Source: Candidatus Brachybacterium merdigallinarum (GTDB lineage: Bacteria > Actinomycetota > Actinomycetes > Actinomycetales > Dermabacteraceae). Taken from it: 60,618 nucleotides of DNA. How positions within the stretch are numbered: position 1 is the first letter of the stretch; every line of letters begins with the position of its first letter. Below, piece by piece: positions 58,712-60,618 of the stretch. The translations under genes were made by a program, and so were the position numbers. Below the pieces are notes generated by a model. That model was not told the DNA's origin. It searched no databases and was given only the letters and a program-made list of their open reading frames with translations. Location: positions 1-60,618 of the forward strand of contig DXDT01000122.1 in assembly GCA_019115335.1 (NCBI GenBank). Reading direction: 5' to 3'.

Positions 58712-59748
58712 CAGAACTTCCCCTCGCGCTGCTGGAACTTCGTGGCCTTGCCCAGCTGACGGCCGCCCAGCGTGACCCACTGGCCCACCCAGCGCACCAG
58801 GCGCCGCAGCGGCACCGTGGGATAGCCGTACAGCTCATGGATCGCGGAGGCATCGCTGAGCAGGGCATCGGCGGACTCCTCACCGGTGAACTGCGGCTCG
58901 ATGCCCATCTCCTCGCCCAGCCAGGTGGCCAGGCGCCGCACCGGGACGGTCTCCGGGCCGGTGGCGTTGAGGATCCGCGGGGGAGCGGAGGCATGCTCGA
59001 TCGAGCGCAGCGCCCAGGAGTTGATGTCCCCCTGCCAGGCGACGTTGACCGCGGGCATGCTGACATCCACCGGCTCGCCCGCTGCGATCGTGGTGGCGAG
59101 GTCCGCGATGACCCCGTACCGCAGCTCGCAGGCGTAGTTCAGGCGGAAGACCGTCACCGGGGTCTGCCAGGCATGGGCGGCATAGGTGAACAGGCGCTCG
59201 CGGGCCAGGCTCGACTGGGCGTACTCGCCGAGCGGCTGCGGAGGGTCGGACTCGACGCTGCCTCCGTGGGCCAGCGAGGTCAGGGGGTAGACGTTGCCGG
59301 TGGAGTACACCAGGGAGGGCACCCCGCGGTAGCGATCGGCGACCAGGGCGGGCATCGCGGCGTTCGACCACCAGGTGGTGTGCTCCTGCCCGGTGGTGCC
59401 GAACTTCATCGCTGCCAGGTAGAAGATCCCTGCGGCATCGGGCAGGCCCGCATAGCTGCCGGACTCCGCGAGATCTGCGGGATGCACGATCACCCCGGCG
59501 CTCTCGAGCAGCTCGCGGCTGGTGGGGTCGGAGAAGCGCGAGACCGCGATGACCTTCGCGTCCGAGCCCACCTCGTCCAGCGCGCGGCGCGCCATCAGCG
59601 ACATGGAGGGGCCGATCTTGCCGCCCGCCCCCAGGATCACCAGGTCCCCGCCGAGCGCGGCGAGGGCCTCGCCGACGCCCTCGGCGGGGCGGGAGAGCAG
59701 ATCATCGAGCTCCTGCTCGGAAGCAGGGGAAGTGGTCGGGGTCGGCAC
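58711..59748 (-). CDS. NAD-dependent epimerase/dehydratase (extended SDR)
   Basis: LGAGGKIG, MKFGT, STGNVY, GEYAQSSLARER, RLNYA.ELRYG, QREGKF. Confidence 0.88.
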   Translation of the reverse strand: MPTPTTSPASEQELDDLLSRPAEGVGEALAALGGDLVILGAGGKIGPSMSLMARRALDEVGSDAKVIAVSRFSDPTSRELLESAGVIVHPADLAESGSYAGLPDAAGIFYLAAMKFGTTGQEHTTWWSNAAMPALVADRYRGVPSLVYSTGNVYPLTSLAHGGSVESDPPQPLGEYAQSSLARERLFTYAAHAWQTPVTVFRLNYACELRYGVIADLATTIAAGEPVDVSMPAVNVAWQGDINSWALRSIEHASAPPRILNATGPETVPVRRLATWLGEEMGIEPQFTGEESADALLSDASAIHELYGYPTVPLRRLVRWVGQWVTLGGRQLGKATKFQQREGKF

Positions 59749-59782
59749 CGGGACATCCTCACGTCGTTGTGGCCAGCAGGGG

Positions 59783-59796
59783 AGAAAAGCATTTCC
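59783..59796. promoter_or_regulatory. Possible LacI operator AGAAAAGCATTTCC
   Basis: AT-rich imperfect palindrome between the divergent SDR operon and LacI gene. Confidence 0.4.
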
Positions 59797-59866
59797 CTCG
59801 CCTGTCAGAGTAGGCCGGGGAGGTCGGGTCCGTCAAGAAGGCGGTTGCACCGAGTAGTCTCCCGGC

Positions 59867-60618
59867 ATGGCAGTGACCCTCAAAGACGTGGCGCAGCGAG
59901 CGGGCGTCTCCGTGCCCACGGCCTCCCGAGTGCTCTCCGGCAGCAACTATCCGGTGGTCGAGGAGCTCCGCGAGCGCGTCCGCGCCGCCGCGCGCGACCT
60001 CGACTACGTCCCCAACGCCCAGGCCCAGGGCCTGCTGCGCGGCAACACCGGGATGATCGGGGTGCTGGTGGGCGACGTCGGCGACCCCTACTTCTCGGAG
60101 ATCGTCAACGGCATCCACGAGCGCGCGACCGCGGAGAACCTGCTGGTCACCATCTGCCACACCGAGCGGGACCCCGACCGCGAGCTCGGCTACTTCCGCA
60201 TGCTGCAGTCCCACCGGGCCCACTCGGTGATCCTGGCCGGATCGGGCCTGGAGGACGATGTCTACCGTGCCGGCATGGAGACCCGTGTGAGGTCCTTCCT
60301 CGGCACCGGCGGCCGCGTGGTCGCCATCGGCACGCCGGTCGTCGACGTCGATCACGTCCTGGTCGACAACCGTGAGGGCGGGCTGCGACTGGGCCGGTAC
60401 CTCACCGATCTCGGGCACCGCGAGATCGCCCTGATCTCCGGCCCCGCGGCGCTGCTGTCCAGCTCCGAGCGCCTCAGCGGCATCCGGGCAGCGATCGACG
60501 AGGTCGGAGGGAACCTGACCGTCCACCACGGCCCGCCCACCCGTGACGAGGGCTACCGGGCCGCCGGTGAGCTGCTCCGGGCGACGCCGCAGCTGACCGC
60601 GATCCTGGGCACCGCGGA
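59867..60618 (+). CDS. LacI family transcriptional regulator (3'-truncated; absent from ORF track)
   Basis: Translated by hand: MAVTLKDVAQRAGVSVPTASRVL...YVPNAQAQGL...GDVGDPYFSEI; leaderless TAGTCT-N6-ATG. Confidence 0.93.
   Translation, partial: MAVTLKDVAQRAGVSVPTASRVLSGSNYPVVEELRERVRAAARDLDYVPNAQAQGLLRGNTGMIGVLVGDVGDPYFSEIVNGIHERATAENLLVTICHTERDPDRELGYFRMLQSHRAHSVILAGSGLEDDVYRAGMETRVRSFLGTGGRVVAIGTPVVDVDHVLVDNREGGLRLGRYLTDLGHREIALISGPAALLSSSERLSGIRAAIDEVGGNLTVHHGPPTRDEGYRAAGELLRATPQLTAILGTA

Overview
Very GC-rich chromosomal window from an actinobacterium; the gene repertoire suggests a Micrococcales/Brachybacterium-like organism (inference). It holds about 52 CDS and two tRNA-Ser genes (TGA, GCT). 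No CRISPR, rRNA, integrase or IS transposase was seen. Housekeeping genes: glutaminase, pheA, serS, ppc, pgm, bcp, cspA, PiT/DUF47. Transport: BCCT, ABC-2, polar amino-acid ABC, EhuBCDA, AbgT. Catabolic clusters: Ldh/proline-racemase/PTS-EI, GH78, UxaE/Zn-dehydrogenase, SDR/DapA-like/SGNH/2-hydroxyacid dehydrogenase. The most interesting items are four. (1) An orphan type VII-like cassette: a WXG100-glycine-zipper protein, a DcrB/Eag-like protein, an EspG-like protein and a divergent small membrane protein, with a second EspG-like gene elsewhere. (2) An unannotated multi-branched structured RNA with its own -10 box leading the DUF47-PiT operon. (3) A proline-racemase-family enzyme with a non-canonical Cys/Gly active site, translationally coupled to an orphan PTS Enzyme I. 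(4) A DUF222/HNH gene whose leader carries DnaA-box-like and PafBC-like motifs. All family calls come from recognising motifs by eye; no searches were run.
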